Positions 13,649-25,610 of a stretch of DNA of 64,000 bases are shown piece after piece (the stretch's first letter is position 1; every line of letters starts with the position of its first letter). Under the pieces are notes generated by a model. That model was not told the DNA's origin. It saw nothing but the letters and a program-made list of their open reading frames with translations, and did no database searches. The stretch comes from Mobula hypostoma. Its lineage: Eukaryota. Where the stretch lies: positions 163,000,001 to 163,064,000 of the forward strand of contig NC_086097.1 in NCBI RefSeq assembly GCF_963921235.1, written 5' to 3'. Made by a program: the position numbers and the translations under genes.

Positions 13649-13958
13649 CTGATACACAAATGAGAAAGCAAATCAATGGCAAGTTATGAGGAAGCCACAT
13701 GAAAATCAACTTAAGTAGACTGCTTCTAAATTTACACCGTAGCGGGAGTACAAGAGGGACTGTCTCAGAAAGATAGAACATCCCACAGAGCAACAGCATT
13801 GATGCTTAGGTAATTGGGCCTTTGATTGCTATGAAAACAGACAAATTAGATTTCATTTTCTAGTAATGTCGCACAGCATTAATCCATTGGCTCTTAAAGA
13901 CTGCAGGTACTCAATGTTAACCAGGTTAAGAAGCCACGTGTTATGAAATCAACTTTAC

Positions 13959-14064
13959 CTTGCTCTGTGACTGCTTGGTTATCATCCTTCACACAACTGG
14001 TATTCAGGGACCCAGTTGGGTCACAGTCACATGGCAAACAAGGATCAGGGCTAAGAGGAGACAC
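13959..14064 (-). CDS. LAMA1: LAMA1 coding exon (exon 9 equivalent), LE repeat
   Basis: 106 nt, tctag|GTG...CAA G|gtaaag. VSPLSPDPCLPCDCDPTGSLNTSCVKDDNQAVTEQ(G). Confidence 0.94.
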
Positions 14065-14516
14065 CTAGAAACATAACGTTATAAGCAAATCAATTGAACT
14101 CTATCACTTCTTACATCTTCACTCCATTTTCATGATACAAATACCAGCCCAATAGTAAAAATGCCTATACAAAGTAATGCCATTGCATTACCACATATGA
14201 CAAGACTGGAACAGATGGGTAACTGGCTCATGGAAAATGGGCTGAAGCTATGGGATTCACCATGTTTTTTTCTGCGAGGGAGGGAGCTGGCGATTTGATG
14301 TTATTGTCACTTTTTTTTCGCGAGGAAAGGGGTGGGGGGGTTTTGGAGTTTGCAAATTTTGTTTCTTTGCTCTTTTTTGTGTTGGGGGAATAGCTTTTCT
14401 TCTCAAGAACTCCCTTTTTTTTGTATATCATGGCTATCTGGAGACGACGAACGTCAGAAATGTATTGTACATGCATACTTAGACAACAAAATGAACCTTT
14501 GAACATAAAGAGTTAC

Positions 14517-14695
14517 CTTGTAAGGCCGGTAGAAGCCATCAATGCAGGTCTCACAGTTGATTCCCGCGGTGTTATTGGAGCAATTAACACACACACCTCC
14601 ACCAATAAACTGTCCTGCTATGTTCAAACTCAGGTTGCGATCAGCTACGCTTTGGTCATAGTAACAATCCTCTGTTTTGCCATGGCAATTGCACT
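14517..14695 (-). CDS. LAMA1: LAMA1 coding exon (exon 8 equivalent), LE repeat
   Basis: 179 nt, ctag|AG TGC...AAG|gtaact. (K)CNCHGKTEDCYYDQSVADRNLSLNIAGQFIGGGVCVNCSNNTAGINCETCIDGFYRPYK. Confidence 0.95.
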
Positions 14696-16261
14696 CTAGT
14701 TAACAAAGTAATGAATACAACTGGGACAGATGTCTTCATAGTCATACTCAAATTGCATACTAGGTTTAAGTTAAAAATATGTAACAGAAAAATAATTGAC
14801 TCAAATAGGAAATATGACAGTGGAGCTTCAACAACACTGATGTGGAATTACAGAATATTGAAGAAATTCATTCAACCCATCAGGCCTGTGTCAGATCCCT
14901 GGAAGAAATATCCATCAACCTCACATCCTCATGCTTTCCTGTTAGTCAAAGAATGACCTATACTTAACTCTAGAGGAAAATAATTTTAACAAAGGCAAAG
15001 GTCTCACTCTAGGAAAGAACTGGAATCTGATTGTAAACAAGGTGGGAGAGCGTAAACCTGATAGAATAAGGACTAACTAGTCGGGAGGGTGGACTACAGG
15101 GGTATAAATACCATCATCCCTGATGAATATGGCAGAGTTTGTCATTGAAACATTGGGTTATAATTGATACCTTTAACCGGCTAGAAGCCCCGTGAAGAGT
15201 TTATTCATTTACAGGAAATGCCCATTATGGCAAGGTTCACTTCAGTTTTGATTCTGAAATTCACTACATAATCAATTTTTAGTTATGTTTCCAACAGAGC
15301 TGCTTTGTTTTTTCACAAACACAGAGTGGTAGGTGGTGGGCGCCTGGAATACACTAACAGGGGTGGTGGTAGAGTCTGGTACAATAGGACATGTAAGGAT
15401 TTTCCCCTCTCAGTCCTGAAGAAATGACTCAGCCCAAGATGTTGACTGTTTATTTCTCTGCACAGATACTGTCTGACCTGCTGAGTTTCTCCAGCATTTT
15501 GTGCTTGTTCCTCAGCATTTCCAGCATCTGCAGAATCTCTAGTGTTTTGGAGATAAGCACATGAATGGAAGCTTATGGGCTGCGTAGGAAGCAACGATTA
15601 GATTGATCATGGAGTAGATTTGTGTACATTCTGCACAATATCACAAGCCGTACTGTTTTATGATACTTTGTGGATCATCGCATCTCATAGCAACTTGTTC
15701 ATTAAAAATATACCTGATCTCCCCGAACTTCCCTCCTCATCCCAATCAGCCTGTTCCCTCTGGTTACTGACCCCTTTCATTTTAATTAATTCATTCATTT
15801 TTCAAAGTCCGGGTGTTAGTGGTAAGACCAGAATTCTATTGCCCAGCCCTCAATACACTTGAGGAGTGGGTGAAGATGAGCAACTTCCTTGAATTATGTT
15901 ATGGTTTCCAATGGAAATTGTCTTCTGACGGAGTAGAAATTCCTTCCACTGCATCAGAACCCAAGTCAGGGTTGCTGCTTTTAATTACTAATTTTTCCCA
16001 TGCAAAATTAGTCTTGGTTCATGGTCTTTGAACCCTTCATATAGTACATTCTTCATGCCCTTTACTCCAAGCCCCTTAAATTGAATAGAAACTGTCCATC
16101 TGAAATAAAAAACAAAAATGCTTGAAATACTCACTAGGTCATCAACCTGAAATCTTAATTCCCCATGAATGCTGCCTGGCCTGCTGAGTATTTACAGCAT
16201 TTGCTGCTTTTACTTTAAATGCTTGGTGCTCATTCTAAATTAATGCTCTTGCTCAAAACAG

Positions 16262-16461
16262 TGTAGAGACTCTATCCCTTTCTGATCTCCCAAATAATTT
16301 TGACTTCTATCCTATGGAATGATCCCTGAGAATTAAGGCCCAAGGTACACCTGATATTAGGTCTATTTCAATAAGTGAAAGAACTGCTGATTTCAACTGG
16401 CAGCTAATTGAAGATCTGGTGTATATGATGTGAATGGAAAGTCAGAGAAGAGTGACTGCAG
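16262..16461 (+). pseudogene. Exon-like segment (phase 2 to phase 1)
   Basis: acag|T...GCA G|gtttgc. VETLSLSDLPNNFDFYPME*SLRIKAQGTPDIRSISISERTADFNWQLIEDLVYMM*MESQRRVTA. Confidence 0.4.
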
Positions 16462-17035
16462 GTTTGCATGCCAATGGGAAAAAGGGATGGGGAAATGGTT
16501 CTCTGTCAGCTTAGGTGATAATTAATAGGAAGAGGCAGGATCACAATCAGAGGATGGGGTTTGTACACTTTCTTCTCACAGCTCCACATTCCTGAAGCAA
16601 ACTGTCCTCAATTCTGAAGGACTGCTTAGAAGGAAGGAGTAAGAAAAGAAGAAGAAAGTGAGGGAGAAGAAGAAGGTGACAGTAAAGGCAAAGGAGAAGA
16701 GGAAGCAGGTGAAGAAAAAGGAAAGGAAGATGGTGAAAGTTATGAAAAGGTAAAGGAGAAGTAGAAGGTAAGGCTGTGGGAGAAAAGAGGGTGAAGGAGG
16801 AGAAAAAGCTGACAGAGTTATTTCTCAAACTGGAAATAATTCGAACACCTTCAAAAAGAACGCAAAACCTGTGCCTTGCCTGAAGAACCCAATATGGGGA
16901 CAGCAAATTTCATTTGAGCATTGAGAGCTTGCTCCTTCCACAACCTTTTGGAAGCAATCTGGTACCTGATGACTGGATGCTGTGCAGCCGAACTTCCAGA
17001 CCCTCCATAAACACAGCCAAAAATTATTAACTTAC

Positions 17036-17153
17036 TCTCACACGTGTTGCCCAAGGCAAAGGTTCCAGACCGCCACGGTTTCTGATGGTAACCTGGGCAA
17101 CACTGACTGCAGCTCTCCCCACAGGTGTTGTGCTCACACTGACATTGTAGTCT
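17036..17153 (-). CDS. LAMA1: LAMA1 coding exon (exon 7 equivalent), LE repeat
   Basis: 118 nt, tttag|AGA...GAG A|gtaagt. RLQCQCEHNTCGESCSQCCPGYHQKPWRSGTFALGNTCE, ends in phase 1. Confidence 0.95.
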
Positions 17154-18648
17154 CTAAAACAAAAAGATACTGTTTAAAAATCCATTAAAATTATCATTCC
17201 GGGTCATCTAATTTTCAGCATTTATTGCTTATGGCAGGATGAGCAATTCAGACATCAATCCAAGAGCTGTTGATTATACAGTAATTTTTGACCCTTCATC
17301 AGGCACCATTTACTTTTGGGCTCTGAAGCTACGAAAAGTCTGATTCCACTAACCCAAATGCAGTAATTTCATTCCAATCAACTGGCGTCAAACTTCAGCT
17401 GCATATACATCAACTAATCAATGACACTTGACTTGACCATGGTTGGGGCCAGCACATGTTTCTACTTTGTCTGTCTCAGGGTGATATGGTGGATAAATAA
17501 ATCCACATTCACATGTTTATTCAGGCTAGAAGGCAAAACTAAAGTGGCTACTTCATGCAAGAGGAGATACAACAGAATGGAGCAAAGATTAAATATCACT
17601 TGGGTGGCTAACTTCCGAAAAAATTAGATTCTAAAAATGATTCAAACATTCACTATTTAAAAGCAGCTTTGAATATGTGTATGCGTTTTTTTAATGATCT
17701 GATTCGGACCTTTGAGAGGTTTCTTCAATTCTCAGATTTCACATTACAGCATGTGGTGAGAGTTAGCACTGCTAAATCTATTCCAGGTTGAGAAGAATTC
17801 CTGGAGACTAGGAAAGTTATTTCATTGTTTCATTCCCTCAGCATTGCAAAAGTAACAAAAATTTTCTTATTCTTGGGCAAGTGCTGGATAGCTTCCTCTG
17901 TTAAAGGAGTATCCTAGTATATTTTATCAATCAAGAGTTGTGCTATTTTACATCATGACTTGCGACTAATAACTTGAGATAACAGCTCTGGACAACATTT
18001 AGTCTCTACAATAAAACATTTAGCGCAATTGAGCTTCTGACCAAATTTGGCTCCTTATTATTTTCAATCTTGTATCAACATCTATAATCAAAATTTCAGT
18101 CTGGATAGGTGTAAGTCTTTCAGTATTCACAGCCTTAAAGAGTGCTGATTCCTTGGATAGAAAATAAAAGCTCGAGCTAATTGCTTATGCTAATATCTTT
18201 AATTATATGTGATGTTTTCCTGAATATTTTGTTTACTTTGTGGCGATTGAAAAAAGAACCTCGTTTTTGGGTATTATTGATCTGAATAGCTTAATGTAGG
18301 ACAATCAATAACAAGGTATAATGACTTGCTAATGTTTACTTTGGATTTAATTAGCACCCCAGGTACTTGAAATACATTAACCCAAGTGACGGCAATTTAC
18401 ATTAGCATATTAAGAGCCTTTTGGGTTTTTTGGGGGCGGGGGTGGGGGGGGGAAGACAGCTCATATAATCAATAATGTAACCAACATTTCAAAGATTGGG
18501 AAAGTCATAAGAAAGCAGATTTAAGACAAGTGCCTTGAAATGATACAAATTGCTCACAAATATCATCAAATTGGTAAACTGTCGCCATTTGCAACCTTAC
18601 TATGCGACAGATAGACCAATAATCTTATGAGGATAATCTAATACAAAC

Positions 18649-18738
18649 CATTAGCTTTTCATCCCATGGGCAGCTGCTAGCATGGCCGTAACAGATACAC
18701 ATGCCTCCAACTGAGATATCCTTGATGGAGTAGTAATA
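18649..18738 (-). CDS. LAMA1: LAMA1 coding exon (exon 6 equivalent), LN/LE1 junction
   Basis: 90 nt, catag|TAT...ATG|gtttgt. [30 protein letters not shown]. Confidence 0.96.
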
Positions 18739-19490
18739 CTATGTAAAAAAAATAAACCAAGCATTAATTGAAACCTGCTGGTATTCAGGAGAACTCACCC
18801 CATGGAATTCCTGAATTGACAGAATGTGCAAACATCAGATTTACATTACACAAAGGAGTCAGTTGAAAATCAATTCAGGAAAAAAAGAGCAAGGGTAAGA
18901 AAGTCTCTATATTTTAGCCAACTCACACTTTCCTGACATTTCTTGCTAGTTTGCAACAGATTCCCTAACGGATCAAGATAAAGACCATTCAGTCAACGCC
19001 ACAGAGCAATCCCATCCCTCTACTCAAACTTTCTGTACTTAATATCCCTATATTTCTGTCAACCTCTTTTTCAACCACTCAATGGTCACACAATTGTCAA
19101 TTTACGAAAGCCAAACAACCCACCAACCCCGACTTTTTAGCTTGAGTGGAGAAACCAGAACACCCTCAGAAACCCCAAATGGTCACAAGCAGAACATGTA
19201 AACTTCACACAAACAGCCGAGGAGCTCAAAATTGGAACTCAGATTACTAATCTTTTGAGAGGTAGCAGCACCACGGTGTACCCTGGCATCAAAATAAAAT
19301 TGTACAAATACTATCATTTTGCTTTAACAATTTCTAAGAAAGGATATTTTGAAAACACTTAGATAAAACAAAAACAACCCTCTGCGCAGAGCTATAAAAA
19401 ATGCATCTCTTCATACACAGGCTGAAACATTTCACTGTCAACAGAAGCCAAAGATGCCAAAATTGGACTTGATGGTTCCATTTTCCTTAC

Positions 19491-19670
19491 CCTACGGGTA
19501 ACAATTGGGTCAACTTCCCTTGGGTCATGATATCCAAGAGTCATGAGGTCAGCATTGAGTGTCCTGATGCGCTGGAGGAGGAGGCGAATATAGCGAGCGG
19601 AGGTAAACTCCAGCAGAATTGGGGAAGGGTCATCAGCACTAGGCCTGCCATTGATCAACGAGGTGTGAAT
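19491..19670 (-). CDS. LAMA1: LAMA1 coding exon (exon 5 equivalent), LN domain
   Basis: 180 nt, ag|ATT...AGG|gtaagg. IHTSLINGRPSADDPSPILLEFTSARYIRLLLQRIRTLNADLMTLGYHDPREVDPIVTRR, phase 0/0. Confidence 0.96.
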
Positions 19671-20836
19671 CTTCACAGGGAGAAAACAGCATTGTGAGTG
19701 AGGGATTACAAACATTTCCCATAAACATGATCTAGATATCTCTCTGGATTTATTAAAACATTTTAAGTGCTCACTTTCACTTTACCACAACAGAACCCAT
19801 CCATTGGGATCTTCATTCTTCTACTCTGAATCCCACTCGATCAGCACCCCAATACAACTTAAGAAACATTACCATTTACATTCATCTTGTTCTTCAAAAC
19901 TCTATACACAATAGGAGAGGTAAACTTGGAAAAGTAAGGAGTTTAATGCTCCCCCAAATTTACTGCCTGGTTCCTCCTGTTGTCCAGGAAGTAGATGTGT
20001 TTATCATTCTATCATTCAGAAACTGCAGATGAACATAGATTTAGAACAGACATGAGGAGGAACTTCTTTAGCCAGAGGGTGGTGGGTGGTAAATCTATGA
20101 AATTCGTTGCCCCAGATGGCTGGAGGCCAGGGTCACTGGATGCATTTAAAGCAGAGGCTGATAGGTTCTTGATTTGTTAGGGCATGAAAGGTTATGGGGA
20201 GAAGGCAGGAGAATAGGGTTGGGAGGGAAATGGACCAGCTTTGATGAAATGGTAAAGCAGATTTGATGAACCACCAAATAACCACTGCCCCTAAGTCTTA
20301 TGATCTTTTGTACATAAAATAACCTGATATCTGTCTTCTGCCCTGGACTTATTATCAGATTTGCTGTGCACATAAGGTGCAGAGTCTACACCAGACACCA
20401 CCAGCTGATTAAGTACCTTACACTTCATTTCGAATCTTACTTATGAAACATCATTCCAATTTAATCTATGATGGATTTTCCACTTTCTGCTGTGACTTCC
20501 GTAAGCAAGATTCTTTTTTAACCTCTCCCAATAGCCATGTCTTTGGTTCCATTTTCCTCAAGGATCTGTGAAGAAATGTTTAGCATGGTTTTCCTCCTTA
20601 AATGCACAACATACAACATTCAGAGGACACAATTCCAGTGTCTTGCACTTTTCATAGTCTCAACGTCCCTAGTTCTCCCCAAATATTTGTTATTATCGTG
20701 CAGAATTGTGAATACTGTAAGCAATTTTAGACTGAATGTTCTGGAATATACCAGCCAAACTGCAATAAACTCAAAGGAGAGAAACATTTTCTAATCTTTC
20801 ACTTATGTAATCTAATAATCTGTTGATTGATCTCAG

Positions 20837-21273
20837 CCAGAACCAAAATCTGCAAAGCTACACCTGGCCTCAGGACACTTTGGACTAAGGATGGAGGTAG
20901 GGTGGGATGCCAGCAAGGACTCATCAGCTTCCATGGTCAGTTGTTCTGCTGCCTGTTACATGATGGAAAAATTTATGTGGTTCGTCATTTATGTCCATGT
21001 TGAATAGCTTCTGGCAAAGACCGAGTATCACAGGGTACTTGTGGCACAGTGAATTACCATAGAATTTTTGGGTTATTTATTGTCACAAGAGAAAGAATAA
21101 CAATTGGAGGACAGAAAATAACTCCCACCTGCCTGTGGGCTACAGTCATTACAAATCATCACCTCAGAATGGGTAGAAGCAAGAATAAAGGATTGTCCAC
21201 ACATTCTCCAACACTGCCTGAAAAATAATCATCATTAAAGTGGAACATGTTTCAATTAGCTTCAACACAGAAG
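20837..21273 (+). pseudogene. Exon-like segment with RGS-like motif
   Basis: ctcag|CCA...AGA AG|gtgaaa. Reads ...MMEKFMWFVIYVHVE*LLAKTEYHRVLVAQ*ITIEFLG... with six stops in about 145 codons. Confidence 0.45.
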
Positions 21274-22350
21274 GTGAAATCATTTAGGTTTATAAATGGA
21301 AAATTAAATTACACTTAACAATATAGGGAGGCAGAAACTATATATTGGACAAGGAAATTCAGTTTAATTGCTCAATGTAAGTTTTATACTCTTGGTTGCA
21401 AGGCTCCACTTTTTCCCCAGAAGATTTGATGTGAGTGAATGGCCAGGTTTCAAGAGCCAGTGGGAGATGATGTGATGAGATGGTAAGGGCAGGTGGAATT
21501 TCAGCATGGAGCCCAAGTTATGGTGCTCACGTTGACCCTTTGTTGGAGAGTGGTACAACTTCACTTAATAACTGATCTCCAGGATAATCAGTGGCTCAAA
21601 ATCTATGTACAGCAGACCTTAAAAGTTGGTGAGTTCACATCCAAGGATCTTTAGTGTGAGGAAATGTGACACATTTCATTTTGAGTCCCAGGTTAAAATA
21701 ATTAGAAAGATGCCAGAAGCAGAGGTATGATGGGATCGGGAGAATCAAGTACACAGACCAGGAACCTCGGTAGTGGAGCAGCTAGCATGATGCTACTACA
21801 TCTCAGGGCATCAGAGCTTGGATTTCAATTCTGACGTGATCTTTAAGGAGTCTGTATGTCCTCCAAGTGAAATGATTCGGTTCTTTCCAAGTGCTCCGGT
21901 TTTCTCCAACAGTCCAAAGACATATCGGCTAAAATGTTAATTCGTCATTATACATTGTCCCATGATTATGGGGTATTGAGCGCGCAGAACAAAGTATCTA
22001 GGAATACAGGTCCGTAATTCATTGAATGTGGTGGCACAAGTAGATATGGTCCTAAAGAAAGCTTTTGGTACACTGGCCTTCATAAAACAAAGTATTGAGT
22101 ATTGGAGATTGGGTGTTGTGTTGAAGTTGTATAATACAGTGGTGAGGCCTAATTTGGAGGATTGTGTGCAGTGTTGGTCATCTATCTACAGGAAGGATGT
22201 AAATAAGGTTGAAGGAATACAGAGGACATTTAAAAGGATGTTGCTGCGTCTGGAGGACCTGAGTTGTAAGGGAAGATTGCAAAGGTTAGGATTTTATTCC
22301 TTGGAATGTAAAAGACTGAAGAGATTTGATACAAAATTATGTGCAGTATA

Positions 22351-23600
22351 CAGACATCCCACCTCTCCCGGAAGTTCCAGGAGTCTCCCGCATATTGATA
22401 GTGGCTCCCCAATACCTGGAAATTATATACAATATCCCAGAAATCGATTTTTTTTGAGAGGGAGAGCGAGCATCCTGATTTGGTCTCTCTTCGTGCTAAG
22501 AGTGGTCCCCAACCACCGGGCCACGAGGAAATGATATGATTTGGCGATATGAGTCAGCTGCACCTTTCCTCATTCCCTGTCACGCACTGTTGAATTTGAA
22601 CGCATGCGAGGTTATTACGCACGCGTCATCCATGTCAGTGCGGGAAGAAGATCAACTCCTTGAGCTTGCAAATAACAGTGGACTGAAAAGTATGTTTGAC
22701 ATAACATCTTTGCCGGCATCCTGGATCAAAGTCAAGGCTGAATATCCTGAGATCGCCGCAGAGGCACTGAAAACGTTGCTTCCATTTCCAACATATCTCT
22801 GCGAAGCCGAGTTTTCTGCATCGAATGCAACAAAACCTAAATCGCGGAATAGACTGGAGATAAAGAAGCCCCTTCAAGTATCGCTGTCTCCCATCACCCC
22901 TCGATGGGGCCGTCTTGTTGCAGGAAAACAAGCCCAGGGCTCCCACTGATTCAGCGATATTGGTGTGTTGCAATGATTTTATATGTTCATATGGGGAAAA
23001 TATGTGCTGTGTTTAATATCCAAAAGTTACTTAAAATGTTATGATGCTATTGACTTATAATTGAGTTATCATTATGTTCATGCGAGGAAAATATGCACTG
23101 TGTGTTTAATATTAAATTCGGTAGATTAAACCCTTTTAGAAACAAAATTGAGTGTATTAGCCACTTATAAGTGACTTATAGTTACCTTATTACCTATATT
23201 CCGGTCATGATTAACAACCATCCACCCCCCGCCCCGGGTCGGCCGGTCCGCAAGAACATTGTCAATATTAAATCGGTCCGCGGTGCAAAAAATGGTTGGG
23301 GACCCCTGCTAAGTAGACCTATCAGTTTTCTCTGTGGGCAGGCTTTACGGTCGACCTCAAAAATAATGAGTGTTGCTCGCTGCACTGTTTGCAACAGTGA
23401 CTTTACTATTGCCCACGGTGGATTAAAATGTAAAAGATATGTTGAGGTGAGTTTAACAGGTGTCATTCATTCATTAGCATAGCTAATGTTATTTAAACTA
23501 GCTGGCTGGCTGCTAAGGAGCTACGCTATTGCTGTCCTATGTGATGAGGCCAAACTCCCTATAGACTTGCTTAAAGTTGTAATAGGATAAACATGATATT
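22351..23600 (+). mobile_element. Outer DNA-transposon relic (probably hAT) with a BED-finger fragment, split by the Buster element
   Basis: Sequence continues across the 22501-23308 insert. About 23370-23445 encodes ARCTVCNSDFTIAHGG, a BED zinc-finger-like motif. Boundaries are approximate. Confidence 0.55.
22501..23308 (+). mobile_element. Non-autonomous, internally deleted Buster-type hAT element retaining the C-terminal dimerisation coding region
   Basis: TIRs agtggtccccaacc and ggttggggacccctg. ORF 22536-22949 reads ..WIKVKAEYPEIA..LLPFPTYLCEAEFS..KSRNRLE..KQAQGSH. ctaag is present on both flanks. Confidence 0.88.
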
Positions 23601-24499
23601 ATAAGTAAACAACAGGAATTCTGCAGATGCTGGAAATTCAAGCAACATACATCAAAGTTGCTGGTGAACGCAGCAGGCCAAGCAGCATCTATAGGAAGAG
23701 GTGCAGTCGACGTTTCAGGCCGAGACCCTTCGACAGGACTCAGGCTTTTCCCACTGAGGTTGGGGGAAGAAAACAACCAGAGGTCATGGGTTAAGGGTGA
23801 ATGGTGAAAAGTTTAAGGGGAACATAAAGGGAAATTTCTTCACTCAGAGAGTCATGAGAGTGTGGAACAAGCTGACAGTTCAAGTGGTGCATGCAAGCTC
23901 AAGTTCAATGTTTGAGAGCAGTTTGGATAGGTACATGGATGGCAGCGGTATGGAGGGATTTGGTCCCGAAGCAGATCAATGGGAGTAGGAAGTTTAAATT
24001 GTTCAGCATGCACTAGATAGGCTGAAGGGCCTGTTTCTGTATTATACTTTTCTATGACTCTGTTGACTTAGGGTTAAGTGTGTAGTTGGACAGTGTGGCT
24101 TGAAGGGCCAGAAGGGCCTATTTTGCACTGTTTCTCAATCAATCAAACAAGCAACTAGGTAGCTAGATATTTTAAAAGTTAATGCACAAATACCAATGGA
24201 ATGTTGTCCTTGGCTTTAAGTATTTGGGTTACATGCCACAGGAATTAAAGATATAAGTTATAAGAAATTCAAGATAACATAACTTTGTTGTGTAAATCTC
24301 AAATGAGGGGATCATTTAGTCACATACAGTAGAATTAAGGAGTGTGCTTTCTTTTAATGACTTGTAGATTTGTACTGAATCTTCTAATATGGGCACAAAG
24401 AATAAAGGGATGTGTCTTTTAAACTGAAGTGAGAAGGAATTTCTTCAACCAGAGACTAGTGAATCTGTGGAATTTGTTGCTACAGATCGCAGAGCTTAG

Positions 24500-25029
24500 T
24501 AATGATGGCGTTAAATGGTGACTCCTTCGCTTGCATCTTCGGAAACAGCTTCATTTCTATCTTTGGTATTTCTTTTTTTTCCCCTTTCAAGGTTCTTTTG
24601 AAGACTGTGACTTGGAGTTTCACTCTGATTTCAGTTCTTTGCGGGAACGGGACCCGCTCTCAGGGCCTCACGACTGGCCGCTTTTTGATATCCCCAGGAT
24701 GCGGTTCTAGAGGCTGACTAATTGAAGGCTGGTGCCGCCGACTAATGCGTCACAGGAGAACAAGACAGACCAGAACCAGCGGGCTTGCTGGTGGCTGTGT
24801 GCCCAGAGGCACAGAGCTTGAAAAAAGCAACACAACAGGTTTTTAACACCATAAATCAGTGAGTTGTTTGTTATGTCTCCCCTCTTGCTGTGAAATGGGG
24901 ACACCCCTTTTTACCTTATTGGGGGGGGAGGAAGAGAGAGGGGGAGAGGGGGAGAGAGAGGGAGGGAGGGGGAGAGAGAGGGAGGGAGGGGGAGAGAGAG
25001 GGAGGGAGGGGGAGAGAGAGGGAGGGAGG

Positions 25030-25107
<78 letters not shown>

Positions 25108-25432
25108 GACAGACAGAGACACACACACACACTGTGGTATGTCGAATTACCGGGTGAACGAGTAGTCTTTGGGTACTGCAGGTCGGTGCTTTACTGATGT
25201 TTTGCTGCACAGTTGAGTGCTCGGTGGAGGTCACCAATGCTTTTTTGCTGGTGGGGGGGGGGTTCGTCGCTTTGCAACTGCTTGTGTGTGGGTGGGTGGA
25301 GCTGGGGGGACTTTGGGGTTCTAACATCAACTGTCATTCATTCTTTGGGACACTCCTGTTTTCATGGATGTTTGCGAAGAAAAGGAATTTCAGATAAGTA
25401 TACATTTCTCTGACATTAAATATACCTATTGA
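24500..25432 (+). mobile_element. Non-autonomous retroelement containing an expanded compound microsatellite
   Basis: Starts atgatggcg and ends ..ctgacattaaa..cctattga. It splits a CR1 3' fragment (24420-24500 and 25433-25610). Confidence 0.55.
24921..25131. repeat. Compound purine-rich microsatellite: (GGAGGGAGGGGGAGAGAGAG)n, (GA)n, (GACA)n, (CA)n
   Basis: Directly visible tandem units. Confidence 0.95.
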
Positions 25433-25610
25433 GACTGCTGCCGAGAGAAAGTCATTGAATGCATTTAAAACAGAAATAAGTTCTGGTTTGGTAAGGAGTT
25501 TAGAGGTAACAGAGAGAAAATGGGAGAACTAGCCAAAAAGAAAATCAGCAATTATTGAATGGTAGAGCAGACTCAATGGACTGAATGGTCGAATTCTGCT
25601 TCTATATCTT

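Larger units (their letters stand above)
21975..24060 (+). mobile_element. CR1 LINE 3' portion, split by nested insertions
   Basis: LYNTVVRPNLEDCVQCWS..RKDV..EGIQR at 22022-22350, resuming at about 23741 with ..NFFTQRV.RVWN.. and the typical CR1 tail ttctatgactct. Confidence 0.85.

Noticed and set aside
13224..13799. 191-aa ORF as a standalone gene
   Set aside because: Only 13488-13648 is LAMA1 exon; the rest is intron and PLE read-through.
24843..25330. ER/SL-rich ORFs
   Set aside because: Translations of the (GA)n microsatellite.
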